In this document: positions 25,286-54,300 of the stretch, one piece after another
Numbering within the stretch: the first letter of the stretch is position 1
Layout: every line of letters begins with the position of its first letter
Assembly: GCA_051362555.1 (NCBI GenBank)
Contig: CM120641.1
Location: 27,348,401-27,412,400, forward strand
From: Lingula anatina
Taxonomy: Eukaryota > Animalia > Brachiopoda
Direction of reading: 5' to 3'
Length of the DNA: 64,000 nucleotides
The notes under the pieces: model-generated
What the model was told of the DNA's origin: nothing
The model's database searches: none
The model's input: the letters and a program-made list of their open reading frames with translations, nothing else
Position numbers and translations under genes: made by a program

Positions 25286-27367
25286 TTTTTTATGTACAGA
25301 CACAGATGTGTCTGTACATATTGCCATCACCTGCGTCTGTCGTCGCCGTCGCCGTCGCCGTCGCCGATCATGTCGCCGTGCACTTCCAGCGTTAACACCA
25401 TAAGTGGAAGACAGTTTTACTTTTTGGCTTTATATTTACAGAGCTGATGAATATTCATAAAACGCAGGTCAAGTTCGAAAATCAGCATGATCAGGCCATT
25501 ATTGTAGAATTTATGCTGTTTTTTCACTTTTCAGCATATATGCAACACTGTTAACACATTTCAAGGAAAACCCATAAACCTGTTGTCATGAAACTCACAG
25601 GAGTAATCAATCTTACTAAAACGCAGGTCAAGTTCAAAAATCAGCATAATCGGACCATTATTTTATAAGTTATGCTGTTTTTTCACATTTCCTCAGATTC
25701 AATTCTTAGGCATGTTAACAGTCTCATTATTTAATTAATAAGATATGTAAAAGTGTTTGTTTGACATTTCCTGCATCTTTACAACATTGTTAGTTGATTA
25801 CGTAAAAATGATGGTAAACTTGTAATCATGTATTGTGTAATAAGGTGTCAAAAATGGAAATAAACTCATATCATTGCAGTTTGTAAGATTCAATCATTCA
25901 CTGTGTTCAGAAACTCAGAATGGAGGAAATTGGACATTTGGCACTGTTGTATTGATATTTTTCACATCTCATCAATTTTCTTAGTTGATCATATAAAAAT
26001 GGCAGTAAACTGTTAATTTTGTTTTATGTTAAAAAAGTGTTAAAAATGGAAATAAACCCATTTCAGAATAGTGCTGTCTTGTTTCACATTTCCTCAGATT
26101 CAATTTTTAAGCATGTTAACAGTTTCATTTTTTAATTAATAAGATAAGTAAAAGTGTTTGTTTGACATTTCCTGCATCTTTACAACATTGTTAGTTGATT
26201 TTGTAAAAATGATGGTAAACTTGTTATCATGTATTGTGTAATAAAGTTTCAAAAATGGAAATAAACTCATATCATTGCAGTTTGTAAGATTCAATCATCC
26301 ACTACGTTTAGAAACTCAGAATGGAGGAAATTGGACATTTGACACAGTTCTACTGATATTTTTCACATCTCATCAATTTTCTTAGTTGATCATACAAAAA
26401 TGGCAGTAAACTGCTAATTTTGTTTTATGTTAAGAAAAGTGTTAAAAATAGGAAAAAAAACCTTTCAGAACAGTGCTGTCTTGTTTACATTTTGGCATTT
26501 TCAAGTTGTGACTTTGAAGTTCCATGGGCCTGAAGACCTTTGCCAGTCACATTTTCTGAATATCCATAATACTAATATTTTATTTTATTTTATTAAAAAA
26601 TGATGGTCATTATGCTGTTAAACGTTATGTAATATTGCATCAAAATTTGGAAAAAAATATTTTGGCACTGCTCCCATGATGACCATATAAGAAAAATCAT
26701 GTCATTTTCTGTTCTCAATCTTAGAGGAAAGTAACAGGGGACTAAAATACAGCTTCAGTAGGCAATGCAGTCTGTTTGGTAATTCTTTCTGCTAGTTAAA
26801 CAGTTTTTTTTTTTTTTTTTGTGAAAATTTAATTTTTCACATATTGGCATTTTCAAGGTGTGACTTTGAAGTTCCTTGGGCTTGAAGACCCATGCTAGTC
26901 ACATTTTCTGAAAATCCATGATACGTATATTTTATTATTAAAAATTGACGGTCATTATGCTGTTAATCATTATGTAATATTGCATCAGAATAGAAGAAAA
27001 CACAATTTTGGGTGCTGCTGCCATGATGACCATTATGGGAAAACCATGTTACTGATGATTGCCAAACGTTCAAAAAAGAAATACAGGACTAAAATGCAGC
27101 CTGAGTTGGAAAAGCAGTCTAATTGGCTTCTTTTTCTGGAAGTTATACATTTTCAAAGTGTGAACTTGAACTGCCATGGGCCTGAAGCCTTATGCTTGTT
27201 ACACATTTTACTTACATTGATATTACCTGTTGAGCATAATTAAAATTTGATGTTGAATTTGCAGTTTGACATAATGTACTTTTGCATCAGAATTGACAGT
27301 AGCCTATTTTGTGCATAGTTATTTCCTGCTTTTTGTCTGTACATTTGACAGCTTTGCTGCCTTGTTT
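25286..27367 (+). mobile_element. HINE/DINE-1-like element, copy 2 (downstream of the MPP7 stop)
   Basis: Same termini as 14208-16057, but a different internal module dosage: ~401-bp module duplicated at 25681/26082 and ~350-bp module at ~26492/26844 plus a degenerate ~27150. Confidence 0.8.
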
Positions 27368-28118
27368 AAGTTAGCCAAATGACCTTTTGCCACATAAGGT
27401 ATACACCCAAGTATTACATTTCCTTTTACATATGCTATTATTGTTAACTTTACTAAATAGAATGGATATCACAATCATACAAAATAAATTATATTTTTTT
27501 AGTATGTGCCAGTTGTTATTGTTGTATATAGATCTCTACTTACCAGACAATGTCATTCAGTAATATACCCAGAATAAAGTATCTGAAAATATACATCACT
27601 CAATTAGCTGATTTACATACAGTGCTGAGGGTCCACGACTCTCTACCGTACAAAAGAAAAGACCAATGCATACAAAACATCTGAGAAGTGTGATTTTGGC
27701 ACCATTGAGATTTTTTATCTTTAAATGTTGTGAGCATTTGATTGAAGCTAGTCTGAACCATTCCTATGCATAAAAAAAATTGAGCCAAGGGACTGAATTA
27801 GATCTAAGGATCACAGTAGAGCCATAACAAGTACAGGAACCGAAAATTGTAGTCATTTCTCTGCTAATTGTCGAATTGTATGTTATCCCAGTATCACTCA
27901 CCAAATGGCCTTCTGCTCAAAAGCACTTGTATAAAATATACGTTTATGAACCTATACTGCCTGTACAGACACATATATTTTTTTATATTCACAGTAAATG
28001 ATTTAAACTTTACATTAATCATGCAGTCTTACAAAAAATAATGATCATCCTGTGAAAAAAGGGCCCATCATTATTTAGTTGGCATATATCATATACATAC
28101 CTAGGGTATGTTATATAC

Positions 28119-28826
28119 AGGGGTCCGCCATATAGATAAACGTCCCAATAAAATATTCGTTCCGATAGATACGTCTCTATACATACACGTCTCAATAGAT
28201 TTACGTCTCGTTAAATTTACGTTCCGATAGATCCACCAACAGTTTCCTATAAACCGACGTATCTTTAGATCCAGGTACCGCTAGATCCATCTATCTGACA
28301 TCGTAATTAATCGGCTAAAATGCCGATATAAACTTGAGATACAGGTATGAGGCTTTCGAGAGATAGTCTGGATGCGAGTACTGACCCACTCAGTGAGATA
28401 TGACTTAATTACAACCTGATATTTATTTATTTATATATTTATTAGGTGTTCAAACAAGATATAGGCCTACATGTACGTTCGCGTCTACACGTCTTTACTA
28501 TCGTTTACTATCATTTACTCCATTCCGCAATGTACGCACGTAACTTCATCAATGTAAACTACTTGGACATAAAAACGACACAAATTCGTTATTATGTCCA
28601 AGATGTAAGTAACTTCTATATATATACAGTCGATTTTTGCCTGCAAACATTGGGTATGTTTGTCAACCATACAGTAATGGTTTCTATCAAGTAGGCCTAT
28701 ACAAGACAGTTATCAGGCAGAATCATTCATGAAATGCCCAAATAAATCATACACAGTATAAGAAGAGTTTACTTGTAAAACTCTTAACATTATTTCATCA
28801 ACTTTTGCCGAGTTCTTAATTGACGG

Positions 28827-28859
<33 letters not shown>

Positions 28860-29432
28860 TGTGTGTGTTTTCTTGGATTAATCGCTATGAAAAAATATAT
28901 AATCTTAGGTTCCTGTCAGAAGCCTTCGTAGTCAAAACTAAATGAATGTAACATGAGAATAACAAAACATCTAGTGAAATCATAAATTTCTGTCAGATAA
29001 TGCATTAGTAGGCCTAATGTAAATTACCCGAGTATTGCGTAAAAACGATCTATAGTAGAATAATAAATTGCTGAAAGGATTAATATGTGTACTCTCGTTT
29101 TAAACAGTGCATTTTATCAAGGAGTTGTTATAACTCCTTGATTTTATGTACTGAGTAGTATACCAACCATTTTGAGCAATAGTGTACCTGTAATGGATCT
29201 ATCGGTATTTGGATCTAAAAGTATGCGGATTTTAAGGGGCGTGGGTTTATGAGGACGTCGTATCTCTAGGAACGCAAATTTATAGGACGGTGGTAAAAAA
29301 TCGGATCTATCGGTATTTAAATCTAAAAAGACGTTTTTTCAGTTTTCCCTTTATGTATCTATCGGTAACGGGAGTATAGGGACGTGTAATATTTTGGGAC
29401 TAAATTTTATCCGTACGTATGACCGTGGCGAT
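28119..29432. mobile_element. Degenerate foldback-like element with modular inverted arms
   Basis: Repeated CCGATAGAT modules at ~28160-28290 are mirrored by ATCTATCGGTA modules at ~29195-29370. For example, 28264-28290 is near reverse-complementary to 29193-29220. Confidence 0.5.
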
Positions 29433-29439
29433 ATAATGA

Positions 29440-30570
29440 TCACTGAAGCCTGTCCATGTAGCCAAGCTTCAGTGAAGATCGAGGGCAACCTCGAGCCGCT
29501 ACCCAAAAATGTCTCGCTTCACTCGACATTTCTGCGTAGCGTCTCTCGGAAAACTCGGATTTAACCTAGATGTAGTCTAGAATTTCACGACTACATCTAG
29601 GTTAAATCAGTCGAGGTCTCTTAAATACTGAAAGCCAAAAGACAGTGTGATCATGTGACCTTCTTGGCATCAAGAGAATAGTGACGTTGTTTGCGTTATA
29701 TACCTACCAGTAGACAAATTTAAAATCTCTCACACTTTTAGAAAAATTAGCATAAACTTTTCACGTTTAACAATTATTATCTATCATTTTATGACACTAA
29801 GTCATATCAAATGGGTATGGTTTGAAAACGGGAATTAGTATACATTTAAGCCACACGTGCATACAAATTATTTGTAAATCTATAACTTTTTAACGAGGGT
29901 TGTGTTATTTACCTTTTGTTTTTAAGCTGTTCATTCTTCCTCTTTATCAGATATATCGGTAAAAGTCAAATGTATTCCCCCTTTGAACTTGTAATTACAT
30001 GTAGCACATGAATGCTCTGAAAACCAGCACATGTACTGAGTATATTCCAAAACCGCCTCGTAGTAAAAAATGTCACCAAAACGTAGAATTATTACTCCTG
30101 TGGACTTGAAATAAACATCTATTTGATTTGGACTATATTCCGTAACCGCCTCGTCGTCAGAAATAACAATAAAAAAACTAGAATTATTACTCCCGTGAAC
30201 TTGTAATAAACATCCGTCGATTTTGACTATATTCCGAAACTGCCTCGTTGTCAGAAATATCACCAAAAAGTAAATTTCTTTCTCCTTTGCACTTGTAAAA
30301 AATTAGTTTGACTATATTCCGGTCCGATGCTCCTTTTTTATCAGAAATGTCACTAAAAAGTAGAGGTTTTGCCTTTGGGCCTTTTTTCCGCAGCAGTCCC
30401 AGCCAGGTGTGGCTCAGCTGAGACGCACATGGTCAGAGTCGACGGTTGAACGTCCACGACAAGTATTTAGCAAAAATTGACCAAATTGGTCAGACATTAC
30501 GTAAGAATTTGGCGGGAGTTTATTCCGTATAACATCTCTAGAGCGTGATATAGGGTCACTTTATTCGGTT
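29440..30570. mobile_element. Probable non-autonomous DNA element with a terminal hairpin array and internal ~93-bp tandem repeat
   Basis: Stacked inverted repeats at 29441-29610 (including a perfect 20-bp stem). ~93-bp units (GACTATATTCC..CCTCGT..GTCAGAAAT) at ~30040-30360. CpG-rich relative to the flanks. Confidence 0.45.
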
Positions 30571-30913
30571 TTAGGGGTGTTTTAGGATGAAATGACTGTA
30601 TTTTTTCTCGGTATGTATGTCTCACACTTATCAATAAAATCCACATCATATGAAAAAGTAGTCATGTATCCATTCACATATTTTTATTTGATCATAAATA
30701 CCATGTTTATTTTCCCCTCTTTGGGCCTAGCAACCAGTCTGAAGTATACTTTCTACAAACTGACTTTGTACAGCCATATCCTATCAGTATGTTTATTTTG
30801 TACAGTCTTCAATGGACACTTCTATAATAGACCGTTTGAAGTCTAAGAGTGATTTCTAACCAATAATTAAGATTCAAGTTGAGAATAAACATTTACGTCT
30901 AAGCAGAGTGTAT

Positions 30914-31378
30914 GGACCCAATCCCCATGAAACTATGAGACCATTTCCACAGATATTTAGATCGATCTATCCCCCTGGGGAGTCTCACTAGCTTGCTGTC
31001 AGCTTAACCGGCTTAAATGTCTGTCCCGCCTACTAAAAGCTGTAAGGGGGTAATTAACTTTTGTGCGCACTCGGCTCCGGGAAGCTGACAGCAATTTAGC
31101 ATGAACCCCCAGGGAGTTAGGACGATCCAGATGGATCGATCTAAATCTGTGGGAACCCAGTCTATCAGTCTAGATAGATCAATCCAACTCCATGGGGACT
31201 CTCCCTGAATGAATCAGATTAAGACATTAACACACCTCCCCATTTCCAACATACTCGTACCAGCTTTTCTGTATTCTGCTCAACGCCAGGAGGTACGTTA
31301 ATCTGATTGCACTTAGTGAGAGTACCCACAGAGTTAGATTAATCTACGTAGAATGAAAGTTCCATCGGGAATGAGCCC
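30914..31378. mobile_element. Older long-TIR (foldback) MITE interrupted by 30937-31162
   Basis: Joining 30914-30936 to 31166-31225 gives the diverged reverse complement of 31295-31378 (~85-bp arms). Confidence 0.65.
30937..31162. mobile_element. MITE of the same GATCGATC family, nested in a foldback MITE
   Basis: Same internal sequence (AAGCTGTAAGGGGGTAATTA, GAACCCCCAGGGAGTTAGG), flanked by TAT/TAT. Confidence 0.75.
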
Positions 31379-31910
31379 TACATAAAACGGCTCTTGACCA
31401 GAACTTATACTTAATGAGAACATTTACATATTGCACAATGCAGATCATCACTACTAAACATTTTTTTAAAATTGTCACTTGGTACACTTGCATCTATTTA
31501 TTCTTATTCATTTTAATTGATAAATTTATAATGTTTTCACATTTATTTTTATAAATTACAATGTTTCCAATTTCTAAAATGTGCACAATGTGCATCAGTT
31601 GTTGAAAGGTCTTTAAAACTGCCATAAAGAAATCAAATGGTACAGTGTAAGCAATCAACAAACATCCAAAACTTGCCATCACATTTGGAGATACAGAAAT
31701 TTTTGGAATGATTTTTCCTTTCTTAAGGGGTAACTTACTTGGCACAACACACAATGTTTTAAATCTACTGTGTACCACTGAATAATCTATTTCCTCCTCC
31801 ATCTCGACAGTAATAATTACATGAACTTTTCAAGAGATCAGAGGAACTGTTTCCTTACACTGAAAAATGGAAGCTTGAGTTCTTCACAGTTTGTTCAGTT
31901 GATTAATACA

Positions 31911-47745
<15,835 letters not shown>

Positions 47746-47752
<7 letters not shown>

Positions 47753-47860
47753 TTTGGATCTCTATCGTGGAAGTGGAGTAATGACGTCAGCTAGGAATCC
47801 CCGCCTAAAAATAGCACACTGGTAAATTCCACGTGGCATATTCCACGTCACAATTTCCAC
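47746..47860 (-). promoter_or_regulatory. NSF proximal promoter motif cluster
   Basis: YY1-like AAAATGGCG overlapping the ATG, palindromic CRE TGACGTCA 47782-47789, GC-box CCCCGCC 47799-47805, MEF2 consensus CTAAAAATAG 47805-47814, CCACGTGGC 47829-47837, UPRE-like TGACGTGG (minus) 47843-47850. Confidence 0.6.
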
Positions 47861-50800
47861 CTCTCTCACTCTTCCAAGAGCCCCAGCAAGCCCCAGCTAA
47901 TCGGTTTTTGTATGGTCCTTTTGTTGATGAGATCAATAATTTTCGTAACATCAGATTAATTTGGATGGGTTAAAGATCTAACCATGGACTTCTTATTTTA
48001 GTATATGTTAAACAGCATAACAGAGCGAACATGTAGTGTGTGTGTGTGGGGGGGGGGGGGGGGGGGCACGGTGTGTTATGTTTTGCTTTTGAAGTTGTAG
48101 ACCTACAGGTCTCTAGTTCACAGAGGACTTTTTTTTTGGGGGGGGGGGGGGGGAGGGGGATCAAAATAAAGCCATTTATGTGAGTCATATTTGCCCAGCA
48201 TTAACTGAGATGAAACAGAAATTCGATTTCACACAGGGGTGCTCGTCAAAATGTAACTATGAATTATGCATATCGTTAGGACATCTGAAAAAATGGACTA
48301 GGAAACGCACCTGTACAGTGTTTTGAATGGATTAAGTGAAGTTTAAATTGGGGGTTAAAAGAAAGTGAACAACACAACAACAACAACAACAACAACAACA
48401 TCAAAACATTAATTTAGTAGTATAGGTCCTATAAGTGTAGTATAGGTCCTGAGTTTGGTATAGAAAAAGACTTGCTTGTGTTTTGAGGTTTTGGTGAGAC
48501 TAAATTTTAAAAATGGCGCCGTTAAAATGCAGCCAAGTGCCTAACTTCCACATTTATCATCACGTGGCAAACTGCAGCAAAAATGGGAAATTCCAATTTC
48601 ATGAATTACGATTACACGAAGCATACTTTCCGAGAGACTGCCTGTTTTTCAGTTGATTGATCAAAGTAAAAAATGCACTATCGAAATTTCAAGTATCACC
48701 CCTTCAGGTTCTCGCCACCCACTTTGACTCGATTTAACTACTAGAGTAAAGTCGTGCGAACCTAATGTTTTAATTCGCAAACATAGGTAAAGCGAATATG
48801 CAGCCGAATGTGGTAGGTGAGACAGCGTGGTTGTGCTTTGCTGAAACATCTGGTAAAACTTACATCAGCCACTTATGTGCTTTAATCGCACTTGAGCTCC
48901 TTTGATCAAGGCTGGATTTCAAACCCTATCACCCTTAAACTGGAAAGATTGCTAAGTTGTTGCTTCCTTGCTACAGGAACGTGCAGGAACACCCCCACGA
49001 TTTGAGGTAATGTTAAAGCACGAGTGATTGAGTGCCGTGCCTTGGTCTGGGTTCACTTAAAAAGCTCCAAAACCTTTTACTAATTGGCATGTTTAAAAGC
49101 AAGGTAATTTTTGCGGTCATAAAAACGGTACAGCCGTCTTGGTACGTGTGAATAAGCGTCTTCCCTCTCTTTTTTGTCCTCAATTTTTTAAAGCATATGG
49201 AAAATATTATCTTAAATTTTGGATCTCTGACCCGTTCTTTCTCTTTTTTTAATGATACAGGTGTTGTGACATAGTGATCCAGATGTTCTGGAATTCTGGA
49301 CAGGGAAATGAAAAGAAAGTAAGGAACTGAATAAGATTTAAAAAGAACTTAGCTAAAGTTTTACTTAAATTTTATTATATTTGTCATTAATTGATAAAAC
49401 ACATGTTCCGGGTTATTGGCGGAGAAGTTGAGGTTATCTATGTCAAACCGTTTTAATCAATTTTTAACAAAAAATAACTCACAGGTTAACAAAGCATTGA
49501 AAACGATACTTAATACAAAATACCAAGCATGGAATTCGACACTATGATAGGCGATTTGCATAATCTTTATTCTTTTATAAATACTTGTATAAAATTGTAA
49601 GCTTTTTGCTCTCAATATTTAATATTCATATATTTACAGCATATATAAAATAGTTTAACTATTATTAAACTAATAACGGCTTTAGCAGAATTCATGTACA
49701 AATATTGCAGAAAAAAATAGTCATATTAATTCAAGTGAATAGACACTCGATTAAATTAACGCATTAGATTTATAACTAAAATTAACAAACACAACCTAAC
49801 GTTACCATTTTAATAACAGATTCATACAGGCTTCACCTGCGGTCGTCGCCTCATGTATAACAAAGTTACGACAGAAATAGAATCGACAAATCGAATGCAA
49901 AATAATAAGCCATTGTGCGCTCCTGGAATATTTGCTGTTGACGTCTTCCAAAGCCTTCCAACTGAGAAAACGTGTATTCTACACTCGGAGTAACGCTGTT
50001 TTACTTGAATAAGATGCTAAATTTGCCCATAAAACGGGGTAAAACGTGAGGGCATCACTTCGAAAGAGGTGAATATACCTGCTGCAGCAAGGGTCCCCAT
50101 AATATTTATCAAATGATTTCTTACACTACGTAAATTATACTTCAGTTAATAAGCTTTGCATTCATTTTACTTTGATCAATTTACTCATTGAGCACAGTAA
50201 GTCTGAATACATACATTTTTCATCTCACGGTTATAAATATTTCGATTTCTAGACTTTATACTGCCGGAAAATAGGTTTAAATTCTTTTAAGAATTCAAAT
50301 ACCGCTGCACCATCTTCATTCAAAAAGATGTCTGCGAACAGATTGAAAGCGTTATAGTTATTTCGAGATAACACGGTGTTCACACGTCAGCAGAACTAAG
50401 CAGCGTAATGTCTGCATGACAGCAATGGTCGCACTATACACTTTGCTCCCCGATCTTATGATTGCCTACGTTTACATGTTTTATCTAGAAAATGAAAAAT
50501 AATTCAGTTTGAAAAATGAAAAAAAAATTCAACGTACTTGGTACGCATGTACATGTTGCAACTCGCGGGGATATTTTTGTTTTCGGCGGGCCGTTCAATG
50601 ACCCAAAAGATAGGCAATATCATACAAACGTTACTCTAACATTATGGTAAGCCTACCCATGAAATTTCTGAACAAACATCGTGATCTCCCGCTAAGACAT
50701 ACAGTGGCGTAAATAAATATAAATATGACACTCAAAAGAACGGTCCATGATGCCATTTCAAATGACTTCTTAATCTTAAGCACATTGTATATACATAAAC

Positions 50801-51350
50801 ATGGAATTAATAATACCTCTTGATAACCTGTCATTTTGATAACACACATTTCTTGATAACCTGTCATTTTAAAGATAAGGGTCACAATCTTGACATTGTA
50901 ATCTAAATCAACTTGTCTAATGGTATATTCTGCTGTCTATGGTGTGGAATTTCTTTACGTGCTACGCACAGTTCTTCATTTCAGCTAGTTACGGTATACA
51001 GTCACAGCGCATTCCTTTTTTTGCTATTCTATTCTTTTTTTCAGTGAGATTTAAAGCTGCGACGTGGCCTAGGAACGTCGGGCCGAGTCACTTGACAAGG
51101 GAGACCAAAGTGTAAAGCGTCTCTCTCAGCAACTTTCTGTAAGGGGATCTATTTTTGGAGCGGTGCCCATGGCATTCTTTGTTAAATATCCCCACAAAGA
51201 GCATTTCTTCCGAATCCCACTTCATTTAAACACTGAACACATCGGACTATTGTGTCCGGTATCAATAAACTGACAGCTTTTAATGTTATCGGGTCTATTG
51301 AATAAAATATCCGACAGATAGGTTTCAGATTTTTGGGGTTCACCTCCTCT

Positions 51351-54300
51351 TTATTTGCACATATGAACGTCCATTTGCGTCTCGCACTGTTCGCACTCTA
51401 CGTAACAGCACCACTGGACTTGGCAGCGACAGGCCTTCTTCACCACATTGCTGAGGACGTTGTATCCTCGCCCACAGCACATAGCGTCACAGTTCCTTGT
51501 CTCCTTCTGGCATTCGCGGCCCTGGGTTCCCTTTGAGTACTTAGACTTCCGGCAAAAGGACGGCGACTCCTCGATGTGGACCAGTTCTTTACTTTTGACG
51601 CGCACATCGGCGTCATTCGGGTTTCTTTTCTTCCGAACTAGCTGAGTTTTTCCTTTGGCCTTATTGTTACTTAGTTCAACTTTGACGGATTTGTCATAGC
51701 GGTCCTTGAGTTTATTGCCCATTTCGTGAAAAGGGGCCAATTGTCGCCAGCAAGTCCGCACCGTGCAAGACCCTGACACACCGTGGCACTTGCAAGTGGT
51801 GTCAACCCCATCTTTGACGGCCTGTAAATACAAATAAAATTAAAAATATTATAAATTATCAAACCAAAGATAATGACAGGTCTTAAGATAATAATAATAA
51901 TAATAACATGCTTGTTTTAATGATTCCGTATCTGTGAAATATTCTTACTATATATAAAGCTAATCCAAAAAGATTCTTTACAAATATTATGATGAAGCAA
52001 CAAATAAAATAATATGCTTATTGGAAGTCCAGAAAAATAAAACATAAACGTAAGTCAAAAAGATAGCATGCAGTAAAGATAATAAAAAAGAGGCTAAGTA
52101 CCGAAAATATCAAATTCTTTCTAAAAATGACCTTATGGCAAATATTACGAAAACAAATCGCTTTGGTATCGTGAGGGCCACGTATTGCGGTTGACTTAGG
52201 TCTCAACCTCTGACGTTCTGAGACTTTAATCCGCAATTCTTTGCCACTCGACAATATAATAGCACCTATTTATTGCCTATTATGAATCTCATTTTATTAT
52301 AGTTTTATTGGTATTCACGACTATAATCTAAGGATTAACATTACTCCTACTGATAGTGTACAAACAAGGGACTTGACCGACCGTCTAAGAAGTAAAGAAA
52401 CGACACAGAGATTATTTTAAACTGGAATGTACTGGACAACTTATTCTACTTGGACTGGGGGATAAAAAAAAACTTAATGTTCATTGAATAAAGTTTAGAA
52501 TTATTTTTAAAGTCACATGTTTTAATTTTCACCAAAAAATAACAAAATTTTTCAAGATTAAAAAGACAGTCATGGATTGATCTAGGTGTAAAGGGTGAGT
52601 CAACGGCGCGAAATACTCGATTGAAAAATATTATATTGCGTTTCAGTCTCTTTTCACTAACACCCGCTGTAAACTACACCCTATTAATTCGTCTAAAACA
52701 CTGTAATCAAATGCATTTTCCGGATCTTTTTTTATTTGTTTCTGTCCCGAATGATATTCATTACTATTTCTTGTCATTATAAGCGTCTGCGAGTGTTATC
52801 GAATTTATTTAAACAACTAATGAAAGTAAAATGCTGTAAATTTCGGATGATTAAGTCAAATGTTGCTTATCAAGAACGAAACTCGCATCAATTTGATACA
52901 TAAAGTTTGCCACTTATTACGTTATTAGGGGGAATTTATTAGTATACGGCACGCATGAGTGTATAATTTTTATCGTTTATTATCAATAATCGCCTTAAAA
53001 TATAATCCCTCAACAAAATGATGTTGTAAAGCTCAGCGGCGACTCTAAACAAAAACATCGGACAAACGTTACGAGTATCAGTAAAGAAACAATATGGTCC
53101 ATCAGTAGAATTTCGCTCTCCCGTTCCTTGAACGTGCCCCGCCGTCATTTTCTCAGACACGAATCAAGTATGATCCATACATATAACACGTTTACCACGG
53201 GAAATCAAAATAAACCTACTAGAACAAAGTATGGTTTTTGGAAAGGTGGTGGGCTCTTTAAGTGCCCATCTGTAGCCGTTTTCTACTCCCATCCATCAAA
53301 TGACGGTGTTTCACTCACAGGTTACTGTAATCATCATATATACCAACTGTGGTTAATTGAAGTGAGCAAGGCATAAATATCATGCATTCAGATATTTCGG
53401 TACGTTTCTCCCCCACCCAAACCCCTTTTTAACTTGATCGTCTGCAGCTGATATTTTATTCTTTTTTTATTGTTTTCATTTTTATCGGGAAGTAGGTTTA
53501 ATAACACACAATATTCTGATGGATTGACAAAAATACTTAATTCACTTAAATCAAAATTCTTGTGTAGCAAATAGATTTGGCTTTGATTACCAATTGTACT
53601 TTGCATATGTGTTTGCATAAATATATATAGACGCAATTTATTGCTACAATTTTATCACCTTTGAGTTAAGTATATGCCTGCAATGGTCTCAAAATTCGCA
53701 GATTTAAAAGAAATTAAAATTAACTTTCATGTTTAAAAATTCTTTTAAAGTAATGGTCATCCAGTGGTTTTGAATTAACAAAATGAAAGAAAAAATCAGT
53801 ATCATTTTCTTCAGTTAAAGGACAAAAACAGACAAAAAAAAGCTCTTACCTTAATCCCAACATTGCTATTATGTTGGTCCATTTTGGCACGTAAATCCTG
53901 ACCAGATTTTTTGGCCGCTTTGAGAAATTTCCTTGCAAATTTGGAGCCAAATTTAATATTGTCTCCACAGCCACCCCAAAGCCACGCCTGCCTGGTCTTC
54001 TGGTTGTTGAAAGATTCATCACAGGTACATCGGTCCAGCTGACCTCGGCTGCAGGCGCGGGAAAAAGCGTGGACGAGGCCCGCAGACGATATTGCATAAA
54101 GAAACGATGTTTCCTTGAAACCTAAAAAAAAAAGAAGGAACTTGATAGAGGTTTTACTTTTATTGGCGATTATTATGGTTATAGAGTGGACTGATGTATT
54201 TTTAAAAGCTGAAAAAATAAAATGATAGCCTATTAGTTTCGATCCTCTTCTTATATTTTTTGCGCTTAAACAAAATTTATGGAACAAAGAATAAATGACA

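Noticed and set aside
50818-50872. 33-bp-period duplication CTTGATAACCTGTCATTTT in the Wnt9 3' region
   Set aside because: Only two copies, consistent with ordinary slippage, with no evidence of function.
51333-51645. Plus-strand ORFs over the Wnt9 last exon (likewise 32970-33269 over NSF)
   Set aside because: They are antisense shadows of real coding exons.
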